Positions 12,990 to 25,820 of a DNA stretch of 64,000 nucleotides are shown in pieces (the stretch's first letter is position 1; each line of letters opens with the position of its first letter). The translations under genes and the position numbers were made by a program. Origin of the DNA: Macrostomum lignano (taxonomy: Eukaryota); NCBI GenBank assembly GCA_002269645.1, contig NIVC01000247.1, positions 559,095-623,094 of the forward strand. Reading direction: 5' to 3'. The notes below the pieces were generated by a model. The model was not told the origin of the DNA. It worked only from the letters and a program-made list of their open reading frames with translations, and searched no databases.

Positions 12990-15830
12990 ACCAAGGACCA
13001 CGTAAAGAACAATACGCTAGTTGCTACCATGGTGCTTACCCTGGACTCAATCAAGAGTGATGGAGATTTCACAGCTGAAACCTCCGAAGATTGCCAAGTC
13101 TGAGGACTGCTAAATATATGTTCATTAGAATTATGAAACCCAGTTTAAATGATTTTTTCAATTTATTTTCCATTCGTTTACGCCCCCGAAACTCAAATTA
13201 AATTTCCAATTCCGTCTGACTCAAGGCTATATAATAAAACGTGAACCCGCATCGCGTTGCATTCTTCACCTGTTAACTGGCTGCAGTCGCCACCTCATCC
13301 GTGGCCTCCCTCCCTGCTTGCCAGCTTTCGTCTCTTGCGCGAGTTTTATTGGCTGACTGAAATGCCAATATAAAATCGGACTTTTCACAGGTTGTTTTAT
13401 AAATTTCTGTGACACTGGGTGTTTACAGGTGTGCAAGTTTTTATTATAGATTCTAAAATAATGAATGAAACCACTTCTCTGGGTAAGTAGTTCATACATT
13501 TTATTTGTTATAAAACTGAAATAATCTTTGTTCATAAAGCTACAACAATACTTTTGGGATAAAGACGCGTTTACGTACAAGGAGTAACGCAGACTCAAAG
13601 TTTTTTGCGACACTTGATCACCTGTTCTCTTGAATTAGCAGATGCAGCCATGGTATTTTGGCATTGCATCGCAGCACTTTATTATCTTTATTTTTGAGCA
13701 ATTATGACTCAATTCTAATTACATCTCTTGCAACTGTTATTGGAAAGAATAACCGGACGTCTTACTGACTTCCCACAGAGCCGCCTTCAAGTCAGTCGTC
13801 GCTCCTTGAGGCCGCCAAAATTGCCAATCTGATATCAAATAACCTAAGGATTTACATTGCTCCATCACAGTTTGTTGTGACCACAATTGGTGCAATTTTC
13901 GTCATCTACTGCGTGTCTAAGATTCGGTCTCAACTGAAGGGCAGCCACTTCATCTTGTGCGCCATCACGGCCTCAGACTTCTCTACCATGCTCTTCTCGT
14001 GAGTCCGGTTGGAACTCTTTGTTGCAATTTCAGAATGAAAGCACTGCTAAGGTAAGGACGCTACAATCGTGGCATATTGGGTGTTTTTCGAGGTAATTGT
14101 CAACTTACGAGGATGTCTGGAAAGTTTAGACACTTTTAATTTCAGGATACTTTTAATAATTGGATTTAGACATCCAATCTTTGCCATCCGCTCTTCCCTA
14201 TCCCTCCTGAGCGAAAGTTGCGTCACTCAAAAGTCAATACTGAGCTAGAATTTACTGCGCACTCTCAAAGGTGACGACTTTTTAATTTGTTGAGTGTAGC
14301 TTTGGTGATATTTCAAAGAGGCTTATTTCTTATTTATAGTGCTGTTCTGATGCAATTGACAGCCGGAGAGTGTGTTGAGAAGGCTGCCTGCATGCCTTGA
14401 AAGCAGATGATAACGATTTAATACTCGTACAAACATCGGTGTCTTGAAAGTGGCTTCTTGTCAGAATTTCAGTGACATTCCGATGCTTTTTCAGGCTTTT
14501 AAATGAAACTACCAAAATATACGCGATTAAATTTGTTAAAAAAAAGAAATGTGTAGCTTCAAAATGACCCTAACGTTACGTTTACAGCTTCCTCCATTTC
14601 AGTTTTGGGATTAAAAGTGCCGGAACTATCCGGATAGCCGTTGTAAAAAGCTGAAAACTTCCTAGCTTAAATAGTTTGCCTATGCAGAGTGTTGCTTCAG
14701 TTGCCTATGAATCAGTGAGAGTATTTTGCATTTTACTTACTGTATTGGTAGATATTGATCGCTGTAGCAATCTATCAAATCCACAGACTGCTAATTGAGG
14801 ATTTCCTTGCTGGCGGACTTAAGAGCGTTCTGCCTTGGCTGAACATGCCGCACCATAACTACAATTGGGCCTGCAAGACCTGGTCATTCTTCTGGATCCT
14901 GAGCAACAGCTTGTCCTCGAACCTGCTTTGCCTGATGGCCGCTGACCGAGTGTACGCTCTTGTCTGGCCTCTGCAACATCGAGCGAACATGACCAAGGCC
15001 CGCTACTGCATCGCTCTCGGGGCGTTCATCTCCGTCTTCGCCATCGTGTCGGTTCACGGCATTCTGCTGTACGAATCCTACGAATATTACGGAGCTCGGT
15101 ACTGCTACGTGATCCTGACTGTCGACCCAGCTGTCGGTCTAGCTGTCCAGCTGTACACCAACCTGGTGATGAATGGTTTCGTACCTGGCATTTTCCTCGC
15201 TGTCATCAACGTGTTTCTCTGCTATCGCATCTGGCGAATAAAAAACAGCCCGGTTCGCTACGGAGTCACCGACCAGCCGAGCAAAGGTCAGGTTCGAACC
15301 AGCGTCACCCTGATCATCATGGCTGCCGTTTACCTGATCGCCTCCGTACCCAGGGCCATCATCTACTTTATCATGTTCCTACTAAACTATAATTTGATTG
15401 ATTCCGACAACTCTGCCGACATTCTGTCGCTGATATTTCCGTTGGCAAAGTGCCTGAACTATCTGTTCTACGTCAACTGCGCTCTGAGCTGGGCCGTGTA
15501 CTGCGTTCGGGTTCCGTTGTTCAAGAAGCAGCTGCCCAGATGCGGAGGCGACGGCAATGTCAGCAGCACGGGTGGCAACAGCGGTTGATGGTGCGAGTCC
15601 CCATCTCAAATGGAACTCGTTGACTGTTACAATTCGACTTTAGGTTCGCGTTTTAACAAATGAAAACGACGGCTGGGATCAATGAGCTGTCAGATATCGT
15701 AATAAACGGACAAATATTGTCAGGCATTCCAAAACTCGTTTGTGTCATCGTGTTCATATTTCTGTATTTAATCAGCATGAAAACATTTTCTGAGCATTCT
15801 TATGTTGAGATTAGCAAAGATAAACCTGCT
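12990..15830 (+). repeat. Segmental duplication copy A (homologous to ~20645-24117)
   Basis: Shared landmarks in the same order: gagatttcac...gccaagtctgaggactg, ttagaattatgaaaccc, ctcaaattaaat, ctctgggtaag, the GPCR exons and the 3' flank gcattccaaaactc...attagcaaa. Confidence 0.9.
13779..15588 (+). CDS. Rhodopsin-family (class A) GPCR, paralogue A; spliced
   Basis: TM1-2 exon at 13779-13998 (branch-like ctgac + cccacag acceptor, GTGAGT donor; LRIYIAPSQFVVTTIGAIFV...ITASDF). Main exon ~14752-15588 carries W-ACKTW, NLLCLMAADRVYALVWPL (DRY-like), an ECL2 Cys and NCALSWAVYC. The start exon and the TM2 junction are not resolved. Confidence 0.88.
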
Positions 15831-16309
15831 AAATCAAGGAACTTGAGACGGTGATAGCTGGTAGAACGGTGTAAGTGCATTTGGAGAACCCGTTTAAGAC
15901 AGCGGCACTGGAGATTTTTGCGATACCATTGTTCGTTAGAGGTTGGCCCTCGTGGGTTTTTTCTATTGATATTTTCGAGGAAATCTTACATTTGCAATGT
16001 TTTCAGATAGGTGGGAATTATAGTTGTACAGTTTATACTCGTATAAAGGTTACGAGGTGCTTATAAAAGCCTGACAGGAACGCTACAGGAAGTGTTCAGG
16101 ATCTGCAACTCAAGCTGTGTGTTTGGCATGGTTTCCGTGACATGTTGCTGTCGATATTTCATACGGCTTAAAAGCGGCTTCCACATCACTTCAGCTTTGA
16201 CTGCAAAAATAGCCTTGAGACTCGATACGAGCTGATTCAGTATTGAGTTTACGTCGTAGCCATTGACTCAAGGGCGTTGGAGGGGGCCGCAACCCCAAGA
16301 GGTCCTGTC

Positions 16310-17010
16310 TCTTGATGGGGCACCTCCGGCTCTTTGTGCGCGCCTCTGTCTCTTTTTGTGGGCCTCTGTCTCTTTATGGACGCCTCTGTCTCTTTGTGCG
16401 CGCCTCTGTCTCTTTGTGCGCGCCTCTGTCTCTTTATGGACGCCTCTGTCTCTTTGTGCGCGCCTCTGTCTCTTTGTGCGCGCCTCTGTCTCTTTGTGCG
16501 CGCCTCTGTCTCTTTGTGCGCGCCTCTGTCTCTTTGTGCGCGCCTCTGTCTCTTTATGGACGCCTCTGTCTCTTTGTGCGCGCCTCTGTCTCTTTGTGCG
16601 CGCCTCTGTCTCTTTGTGCGCGCCTCTGTCTCTTTATGGACGCCTCTGTCTCTTTGTGCGCGCCTCTGTCTCTTTGTGCGCGCCTCTGTCTCTTTGTGCG
16701 CGCCTCTGTCTCTTGATGGACGCTCCTGTCTCTTAATGGACGCCTCTGTCTCTTGGTGGGCGCCTCTGTCTCTTGGTGAGCGCCCCTGTCTTTTGGTGGG
16801 CGCCTCTGTTTCTTGGTGGGGTACCTCCGGCTCTTTGTGGGCGCCCCTGTCTCTTGGTGGGCGCCCCCTGTCTCTTGGTGGGCGCCCCTGTCTCTTGGTG
16901 GGCGCCCCTGTCTCTTGGTGGTCGCCTCTGTCTCTTGGTGGGCGCCCCTGTCTCTTGGTGGGCGCCCCTGTCTTTTGGTGGGCGCCCCTGTCTCTTGAAG
17001 GGAGCCCCTG
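16310..17010. repeat. 20-bp minisatellite grading from GCGCGCCTCTGTCTCTTTGT to GGGCGCCCCTGTCTCTTGGT
   Basis: Read directly; the unit changes along the array. Confidence 0.96.
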
Positions 17011-17076
17011 TCTTAACTTCGATAGCTGCTAGTGAATGTCAAGCTGTTATGAAATCTTTCAGCGATGCGCATCTAC

Positions 17077-17170
17077 GGGGCCCGTAGCCTAGTGGCTGGG
17101 CGCTGGGCGCCGAGCCTGGGAGCTCTCATATGCCAGCTGCCCAGGCTCGATTCCAAGTGCAGTCACATTG
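17077..17170 (+). mobile_element. tRNA-derived SINE head
   Basis: Pol III A-box-like TAGCCTAGTGG (17085) and B-box-like GGCTCGATTCC (17144), without a recognisable cloverleaf. Confidence 0.55.
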
Positions 17171-17919
17171 TTTTAAGACTAAATTGGAATCTCGGCTTGG
17201 GTCTGCTCGGGGGGGGGCAATTAACGGTCTTGAAGGCCAACCCCAAAGGCACAGTGAAGTGTACATGCCTAACGATAAATAATGTTAGATCCGCTGTGCA
17301 CTCCTGTGTGAGTGTGTGCCTGCGTACGTATCCGCGCGCTTGTGTGCCTGCTCAGGGGAGTCGGTGGAATGGGCAGTAATTCCACTCGCCGGATGTGTGA
17401 CAATGTCGCTTGAAGTCGCTTACATAGCCTCCTTGCGTCTCATAAAAAATACGGTATGAAACAATATGAGCTCAACCTCCTGGTTCGGCCTATGCTACTG
17501 TCGACAATAGGTTTCGCATTTTTTCAATTAAGAACAATACATGTAGCTCAAAGCATGTTTGCAATCAATATGACTCTTTTAAATGTATGATATGAGCATT
17601 TTTTTTCTTGCAATCCACTGCAAACCTGATGAGAATATGAGCTCTCATCCTCGCTGCATATGCCAGGCTTCATCAAGCAACTAGTCACGAGGTTGGCTAA
17701 AGTCCAATGAATTTACTGAAACCCCTTATCTGCAGTCTAAATTTGATATGGCTCTTTGCTGTAGACTTGGGCTCTTAGATATTTGACGTGCCTTCTTTCG
17801 AGTGAACTGAATTATGGCATTCGTCTGAGCAGGTTCTAAGCAAGCAGAAACAGCCTTTTCGACGTCATGATGGACGTGTCAAACCTGGCTGGTCTTAGCT
17901 TCTAGACAACTCTCGTACT

Positions 17920-19215
17920 ACCTTGCAGTAGCTTTGGCGCCCCCATTGCAGGCAGTAGCTTTGGCGCCCTCATTGCAGTAGCTTTGGCGCCATCTTGCAG
18001 TAGCTTTGGAGCCCCCATTGCAGTAGCTTTGGCGCCCCCCCATTGCAGTAGCTTTGGCGCCCCCCATTGCAGTAGCTTTGGTGCCACCTTGCAGTAGCTT
18101 TGGCGCCCCCATTGCAGTAGCTTTGGAGCCCCCATTGCAGTAGCTGTGGCGCCCCCCATTGCAGTAGCTTTGGCGCCCCCATTGCAGTAGCTTTGGCGCC
18201 CCCATTGCAGTAGCTTTGGCGCCCCCATTGCAGTAGCTTTGGCGCCCCCATTGCAGTAGCTTTGGCGCCCCCATTGCAGTAGCTTTGGTGCCACCTTGCA
18301 GTAGCTTTGGCGCCCCCCTTGCAGTAGCTTTGGCGCCCCCATTGCAGTAGCTTTGGCGCCCCCATTGCAGTAGCTTTGGCGCCCCCATTGCAGTAGCTTT
18401 GGCGCCCCCCATTGCAGTAGCTTTGGCGCCATCTTGCAGTAGCTTTGGAGCCCCCATTGCAGTAGCTTTGGCGCCCCCCCATTGCAGTAGCTTTGGCGCC
18501 CCCCCCCCCATTGCAGTAGCTTTGGCGCCCCCATTGCAGTAGCTTTGGCGCCCCCATTGCAGTAGCTTTGGCGCCCCCATTGCAGTAGCTTTGGCGCCCC
18601 CATTGCAGTAGCTTTGGCGCCCCCATTGCAGTAGCTTTGGCGCCCCCCCCCCATTGCAGTAGCTTTGGCGTCCCCATTGCAGTAGCTTTGGTGCCACCTT
18701 GCAGTAGCTTTGGCGCCCCCATTGCAGTAGCTTTGGCGCCCCCATTGCAGGCAGTAGCTTTGGCGCCCCCATTGCAGTAGCTTTGGCGCCCCCCCCATTG
18801 CAGTAGCTTTGGCGCCCCCATTGCAGTAGCATTGGCGCCATCTTGCAGTAGCTTTGGAGCCCACATTGCTGTAGCTTTGGCGCCCCCATTGCAGTAGCTT
18901 TGGCGCCCCCATTGCAGTAGCTTTGGCGCCACCTTGCAGTAGCTTTGGCGCCCCCATTGCAGTAGCTTTGGTGCCACCTTGCAGTAGCTTTGGCGCCCCC
19001 CCCGCCATTACAGTGATTTGGCTCCCCCCATTTCAGTAGCTTTGGCGCCCTCCCCATTGCAGTAGCTTTGGCGCCCCCCATTGCAGTAGCTTTGGCACCC
19101 CCTGCAGTAGCTTTGGCGCCCCTTGCAGTAGCTTTGGCGCAAGCTATTCCCCCTTTTAGATAAAATGGCGCCACCCTTAAAAGAAGTGGCGCCACCCTCA
19201 AATGAAATGGCGCCT
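17920..19215. repeat. 22-24-bp minisatellite TTTGGCGCCCCCATTGCAGTAGC, ending in a few units of the 11850-type repeat (19163-19213)
   Basis: Read directly. The terminal aaatggcgccacccttaaaagaagtggcgccaccctcaaatgaaatggcgcc matches the 11850-12985 unit. Confidence 0.96.
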
Positions 19216-21564
19216 AAAACACATGCAGCAGCCCCTTTTGAATTGTAAAATCAGAAAGTCAAAAATCTTTTACTGTTTTATTGACACTTTTTGAGTTCTG
19301 GAGCTCAAAACAATTTCCAGTTTTACTTCTAGCTAATGTTTTTGTTAGCTTCCTGTTTATTGTCTGGTTTCGGTTTGTTTAAATTGATAATACATAGTTT
19401 GTAAAGTTAAAGTACCTATTAAGTTTTGTATTGGCTCAAGTGGTTCAACGCGATGTGCAAGTGAGCGAGAATACCTGCCCGCTTGTCAGCTACCCAGGCC
19501 GAACAGAAATCCTCGGCTGACTTTGACAAAAAAAAGTTAAAGCTCAATGTCACACAATGGTGATAAAGAAAAAGGAAGCAGAACGAACCCCGTGGGATAA
19601 ACGAAAGTTATTTAGTGCACTTAATAACTATGACAGGTTCGGAAATTAAAAAAAGAAGACTAACAAAGTAGAAAAAGTGAGAAGCCTCGTGTGTGGTTGC
19701 ATAAAAACCACTCAAAAGCTTGGGTGGGGCGGCTCAAGCGCCCATCCCAGCAAGACAGAGTGAGAGAGACAAAACATAGCAAACGACACCCAGAAAGGAA
19801 GACAAAAAAGGCCCAAAAAACAACATAGACAGAGTGGATGCGAGAAGAAAGCAGTCGGTTTAGCAAAAAGTTAAACAATTGGGCGTTGGCCGCAAAGGCT
19901 CCCACAACACGCCGAGAGCTGCTCATTAGAGGCAGACAGCGCAGGACGGCGTTGCTGCGCCAGCCGCCAAGCTGTTTCACGTCATCGACCGTCGACCATC
20001 GACCGTCGACCACGATCCCGGCTGGAGCGGAAGCTGAACAGTGCCATTGGGTGTCTTGGTCGGGCAGATGACATTGCTCTACAGAGCGGATGTTCTATGG
20101 CCAGTATTGGCCGCTGAACATACTCGTACTCATGGTCCCGTTGCCTCAGATGATCGGTTTTTGACACCCGGATCCCGTTGATGCGCCACTTTAGGTCACT
20201 TGCGTTGAGAACCGGTTGGCGCATCTGAGCAGGCCAGTCCAGCAGTAGGAATGCGCTGAACTGGTAAATGCGCAATAGCTAGGACCTCTTGGACAGCAGC
20301 TCCTCTCCTCAGTAGTAGACCCTGTTGCAACTGGACGCCCAGTCTCTTTCTTCTCTCTCGCTCGTCTCTTCTCTCTCCTATTTTATCTCTTCTCTCTCCT
20401 TTCTACTCTCTTTCATCTCTCCTCTCTTTCCTCTGGCCCGCAGCCATGAGCTGGGATTCTTCGAGGTTAAAGAAGTTTGCCGACCCCAATTTCAAAGACT
20501 CCAGAGAGTAGCAGGGGTGATACCACCGTTTAGCTGGTTGTGGCTTAATCAAACCTTCGGCCATTCAAAACCGCCTGCTGCAGCTGCTGCAACCGCAAAC
20601 CTGACGAACGCTGCAGAATGTTGATTTGTACATTCGCTTGCATCAAGGACCTGCAGTGGCTATAATCTTGCAATTGGCTACCCCTAACTACATCAAAAGA
20701 GTGACAGAGATTTCACAACAAAGCCAAGTCTGAGGACTGAAAAACCTATGAGCAGTTTAGATGAGCCAAATTACTCCTGCTAATACGAGTATTTTGTTTT
20801 TTGTTAATTAGAATTATGAAACCCTGTTTAACTGGGTTTTTCAATTAGTTTTTTATCTGTTTACGCCCCCTAAACTCAAATTAAATCTAAAACTTTGTCT
20901 CACTCAAGGCTAACAAAATATGAACCCGAATTGAGTTGCATTCTTCACCTCCGTTCACCTCAGTTTCCGTTTCTTGCGCGAGTTTCATTGGCCAACCGAA
21001 ACGTCTTCACGTCTATAAAATCGGCCAGCTCAGAATGACTGGGACAAACTTTTCACAGGTTGTTTTATATTCCCGGCAAACTCGGTGTGCTGATATTTTT
21101 CATTATGGAATCTAAAACAATGAACGAAACAACATCTCTGGGTAAGTTGTTCATGCATTTTATTGTAACAAAAACTAAAGTATTCTTGATTACGAGTAAC
21201 AGTATGATACCAACCCATTTTCCGCCTGTCGAACTACCAAAGGAGGGGTTAACATTTGCAGGTTAACATTAACGGGAAAATGTAGGCACACGAAATTCAA
21301 GACCATGGGCTAACTTTTTGTTGCGCACCATCTCTAACAAGAATCAAGTCGACAGCTCTCCGGACCATCGAGATATTCGACGATTCTGCCAGAAGGTCGG
21401 ATTTTTTCCATAAGCGCCAGTGTTTCCATAGGCAACCTTCAACGGGTTGCATCAGTGACTATGACTATAGACACTCATATTGCTAGTATTTAAATATTAA
21501 AAATACATTTAAAGGCATTGCCTCTCTCTGGCTATCAATTACAATTTAAATGTAAGTAGTAATT

Positions 21565-21760
21565 CCTGTGGAGTGATGGGGGTTGTAGCCTAGGGACTCA
21601 CGACCAAAATGTCGGGGGTTCGATTTTCGATCCACTCGGGAAAATATGTGCCCTTGAGCAAGGCACTTAACTCTGTATTTCCTCAGTTCACCCAGCTGTA
21701 AAATGGGTGCAGCATTACCTGGAGTAATTGAAGGTGTGTGGCGACCCCCCCCCCCAAGTT
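21565..21760 (+). mobile_element. CORE-type (MIR-like) SINE
   Basis: A-box-like TGGAGTGATGG and B-box GGTTCGATT, then TGTGCCCTTGAGCAAGGCACTTAAC...CCTCAGTTCACCCAGCTGTAAAATGGG, which resembles the MIR/CORE-SINE core. Absent from duplication copy A. Confidence 0.75.
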
Positions 21761-22583
21761 CTTGGACTGAACAGCCGTACGCAGGCTTCAGGTGTGCCGC
21801 GCAATAGCTGCGGCTGAGCTGTCGGTTGCACATCTGCCCATGATAGCAGGTGAATTCAATTAAAAACTATTATTATTGAGTGTACGGTACAGTAAATTGT
21901 ACCTTATTATACCGGTACCTTTTAGAGTGTACCTTACAATGAATTCAATGATTTTTTGTGCTTTTTCAAAAGACAAAAGTGAATATTCAACCATCACTCG
22001 GACTCATGAAGGCCAAATCCAATTAAGGATTCAGAGAGTTTGCGTGCTTGACGAGGAGATACTTGTAATCAGGGCCGCTGTAGACCGTGTTTGCGAACGC
22101 GTGCCTGTGAACATATTCGTGTTCTCAGGAGTTCGGCAAACGTGCGTCTAGCAAACGCAACTACAAAAAGTATACTTTCAAACTATAGCACAACAGGGTT
22201 CGGTTCAAATTTGTATTGCAATTTTTCCAACTGGGCACTTCAACTATTCAACGATTTCAAGCACTTTACCGTAAATAAAGAGAGCAATCAGAAGAGACAG
22301 ACAGCAGACACTTGTAGTGTAAAAAATAGTTTTAAAGCACAACCCGTCTTGACGACGAGAAGCGTAGCGATTTGTTTGGATTTCAGTTTAACAAAAAACA
22401 CTCTGTTTGAGCAGGGAGGCAGCATTCAATCGTTTCTTTTTACTGTGTTTTGCGAGTAAACGTTCTTTCCATCCGCTTAAAAATCAAATAGAGTTTTTTT
22501 GAGAATCTATAACTCAGTTATCATTGCATCGCTTTTAACTGTTATTGGAAAGAATAACCGGATGTCTTACTGACTTCCCACAG

Positions 22584-23848
22584 AGACGCTTTCAAGTCAG
22601 TCGTCGCTCCTTCAGGCTGCCAAAGTCGCCATTCTGATATCAAAGAACCTGAGGATTTACATTGCACCACCGCTGTTTGTTGTGGCCACCATTGGTGCAA
22701 TTTTCGTCATCTACTGCGTGTCTAAGATTCGGTCTCAACTGAAGGGCAGCCACTTCATCTTGTGCGCCATCACGGCCTCAGACTTCTCTACCATGCTCTT
22801 CTCGTGAGTGCGATTGGAACTATTTGTTGCTATTTCCGGAATGAAGTTTAAATCAATGCATGCCTGAAGATCGATGGTTTTTCCTGGAGAGAGGTCTCGC
22901 AATGCAGTTTATAGTTGTAGTTACACTTTTGACAATGCTTTCACAGGGAAAAGTTTGCAAGCATCGTCCCGCTTCAGTTTTCTGTTGCAGACTTTACTTA
23001 TAAATTAACCTATATTGACTCCTGGAGCATTCTATCGAATTTCCAGATTACTAATCGAGGATTACCTGGCTGACGGACTTAAGAGCCTTATACCCAATAT
23101 AGGCGTGCCGCACCACAACTACACTTGGGCCTGCAAGACCTGGTCGTTCTTCTGGATCCTGAGCAACAGCTTGTCCTCGAACCTGCTATGCCTGATGGCC
23201 GCTGACCGAGTGTACGCTCTTGTCTGGCCTCTGCAACATCGGGCGAACATGACCAAGGCCCGCTACTGCATCGCTCTCGGGGCGTTCATCTCCGTCTTCG
23301 CCATCGTGTCGGTTCACGGTATTCTGCTGTACGAATCCTACGAATATTACGGAGCTCGGTACTGCTACGTGATTCTGACTGTCGACCCAGCTGTCGGTCT
23401 GGCTGTCCAGCTGTACACCAACCTGGTGATGAATGGTTTCGTACCTGGCATTTTTCTGGCTGTCATCAACGTGTTTCTCTGCTATCGCATCTGGCGAATC
23501 CGAACCAGCCCAGTTCGCTACGGAGTCACCGACCAGCCGAGCAAAGGTCAGGTTCGAACCAGCGTCACCCTGATCATCATGGCTGCTGTTTACCTGATCG
23601 CCTCCGTGCCCAAGGCTGTAATTTACTTTATTGTTTTCCTACTAAACTATAATTTGATTGATTCCGACAACTCTGCCGACATTCTGTCGCTCATATTTCC
23701 GTTGGCAAAGTGTCTGAACTATCTGTTCTACGTCAACTGCGCTCTGAGCTGGGCCGTGTACTGCGTTCGGGTTCCGTTGTTCAAGAAGCAGCTGCCCAGA
23801 TGCGGAGGCGACGGCAATGTCAGCAGCACGGGTGGCAACAGCGGTTGA
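22584..23848 (+). CDS. Class A GPCR, paralogue B; spliced
   Basis: Exon 22584-22803 and main exon ~23015-23848, nearly identical to paralogue A from TM3 onward. I could not find an open splice junction near 22991-23015, so this copy may be disrupted or carry an indel error. Confidence 0.82.
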
Positions 23849-24117
23849 TAGTGCGAGTCCTGATCTGAAATGGAACTCGTTAATTGTTACAGTTCGACTT
23901 GATTCTAACCACAGATACTAATAAACTCTGAAATATTTTAGTGTCTGTGATTCTAACAAATGAAAAAGACAGTCGAGATCAATGAGTTGTAAGATATCTT
24001 AATAAACGGACAATTTTTGTCAGGCATTCCAAAACTCTGTGTCCATATTTCTGTTTGTAGTCACCATGAAAATAACTCCTGAGCATTCGCATGTTGATAT
24101 TAGCAAAAGTAAACCCA

Positions 24118-25195
24118 TGTTCCGGCCGCACAGCAACCTCAGCCTGCGAGACCTGGAAGCAGCGGGAGGCCTACTGACTCTCTGAGACGGAATCCCGTCC
24201 ACTCTCTGCAATCCTCTCAAATTTAAAGCCAGCATTCCGCCAACGTCATAAGGCCAGGATAACTGGAAACCCCATGAAATCCACTGCTTCACTGACGGGT
24301 CCCCATGAAATCCACTGCTTCACTGACGGGTCCCCATGAAATCCACTGCTTCACTGACGGGTCCCCATGAAATCCACTGCTTCACTGACGGGTCTCCATG
24401 AAATCCACTGCTTCACTGACGGGTCCCAAATCAACTCCGCCTCTGGCTACGGCTACTGCATCGTGTCTTGAGGGAGATCTGTGGTGAGGGAGAATTTCTA
24501 CCAGCACACCGGCACCTGCTCCACCGTTTTCCAGAACGAAGTTCTCGCCATCAGCTCCTGCGCCATGGAGCTGTACAATCAGCGCGTCTGGGAGAAGGAA
24601 ATTACCCTCCACTCGGACAGTCAAGGGGCGATTCACGCCCTTGAGCGCACCACCACCTGCTCGCGTACAGTCCTCGACTGTATCCGGCAGCTCAACGGCT
24701 TAGGCGCCTCTAGCAAGGTGTCCCTAAGGTGGATCCTTGGGCACTCGGGCCACCCCGGCAACGAGCTGGCCGATCGCCTGGCCAAGGCTGGCTCGACCCG
24801 TTCTTTCACTGGTCCCCTGCCCGGGGCCCCCACCCCCATCGCCGTTGTCACCACTCATATCAACCAGTGGGTGGCTTCAAAGCACAGGGAGAGGTGGGCT
24901 AACGCCCCCGACTGCCGGCAATCCCACGCGGCTGTCCCCACGCGGCTGCTTGGGCTCAACCGCAGAGACATCAGGGCGGTGACCATGGCTCTCTCGGGTC
25001 ATGGCTGCTTTGCCAGGCATCGCCACTTCCAGGGAAAAATCCGCAGTGAGGAATGCCCATTCTGCCTCTCCCGTGTCGAGAATGCGGAGCGCTTTATCTG
25101 TGAATGCCCCGCCTTTACTCAGGACAGGCTCACCTACCTCGGCCCAAACCCGGACCTCTCCGACGTTTTCAGGCCTGAGAACCTCTGCCAGCTGT
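24118..25195 (+). mobile_element. 5'-truncated non-LTR retrotransposon fragment (RNase H + C-terminus), related to the 3375-9182 family
   Basis: [47 protein letters not shown] and CPFC motifs align with ORF2 of the left element. Confidence 0.92.
24270..24424 (+). repeat. Five tandem copies of a 31-bp unit inside the RNase H coding region
   Basis: ccccatgaaatccactgcttcactgacgggt x5. Confidence 0.95.
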
Positions 25196-25820
25196 AATAA
25201 AATGAATATTGCGATACAGAAAGTAGTTTGGCCCTTGACAAACCTATTAAAGTGATCGAAGGTTTCAAAACTATTGATCCCTATGTGCCTATCGCCGGTT
25301 GGTGAGTCCTACCAAACTTTCTCCAAATAGTCGCAGGTAAGGTAAATGAATAACGCGGATAAAATAATTCCAGATTGATTTCGATTGAGTAATAGCTCGA
25401 TTTTGATACTAACTGCTGATGAAAAATGGGCTTTTAAATCGTATACTTGACTCTCGATAAATTCACTCAAGATTAGATTATTCGATTCGCAATTTACCGA
25501 AATTTGGCAATCAGATTTTACGACTAACGAAGAAGCTCCTACTTCTGGCCTAATCCCGAGGTCCTACTCTCAGCACAGGAAACTCACGGCTTGACAATCC
25601 CGCAGATCCCCCGGCCAAATCCTACTAGGTCGAGAGGTCGAGAGGAGTCAAAACCAAGAGCTCCTATCTAGACCGCGCTTGCCAGCAACAAACTCAAACG
25701 AGGTCGCCGCGAGTGTTACGCTAGCAAGGCTACGAGCGTAGTGCGGTCGGGCAGGGGAAAAGATATGGGCCGGGGTTCGAATTTTGATCTCCCTGCGCGA
25801 CAACACAACACCAGCTGCCC

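Larger units (their letters stand above)
20645..24117 (+). repeat. Segmental duplication copy B
   Basis: Collinear with 12990-15830; carries extra inserted sequence (including a SINE) and is cut off at ~24118 by a LINE fragment. Confidence 0.9.

Noticed and set aside
17077-17170. Functional tRNA gene
   Set aside because: The A and B boxes are present, but I could not fold acceptor and anticodon stems, so I treat it as a SINE head.
11898-19201. Repetitive ORFs in the 11.9-12.9, 16.3-17.0 and 17.9-19.2 kb arrays
   Set aside because: They are translations of minisatellites whose units drift between frames; no coding signature.
19982-20275. 97-aa minus-strand ORF with protein-like composition
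   Set aside because: No recognisable motif and no clear start or splice context; I cannot support a call without a search.
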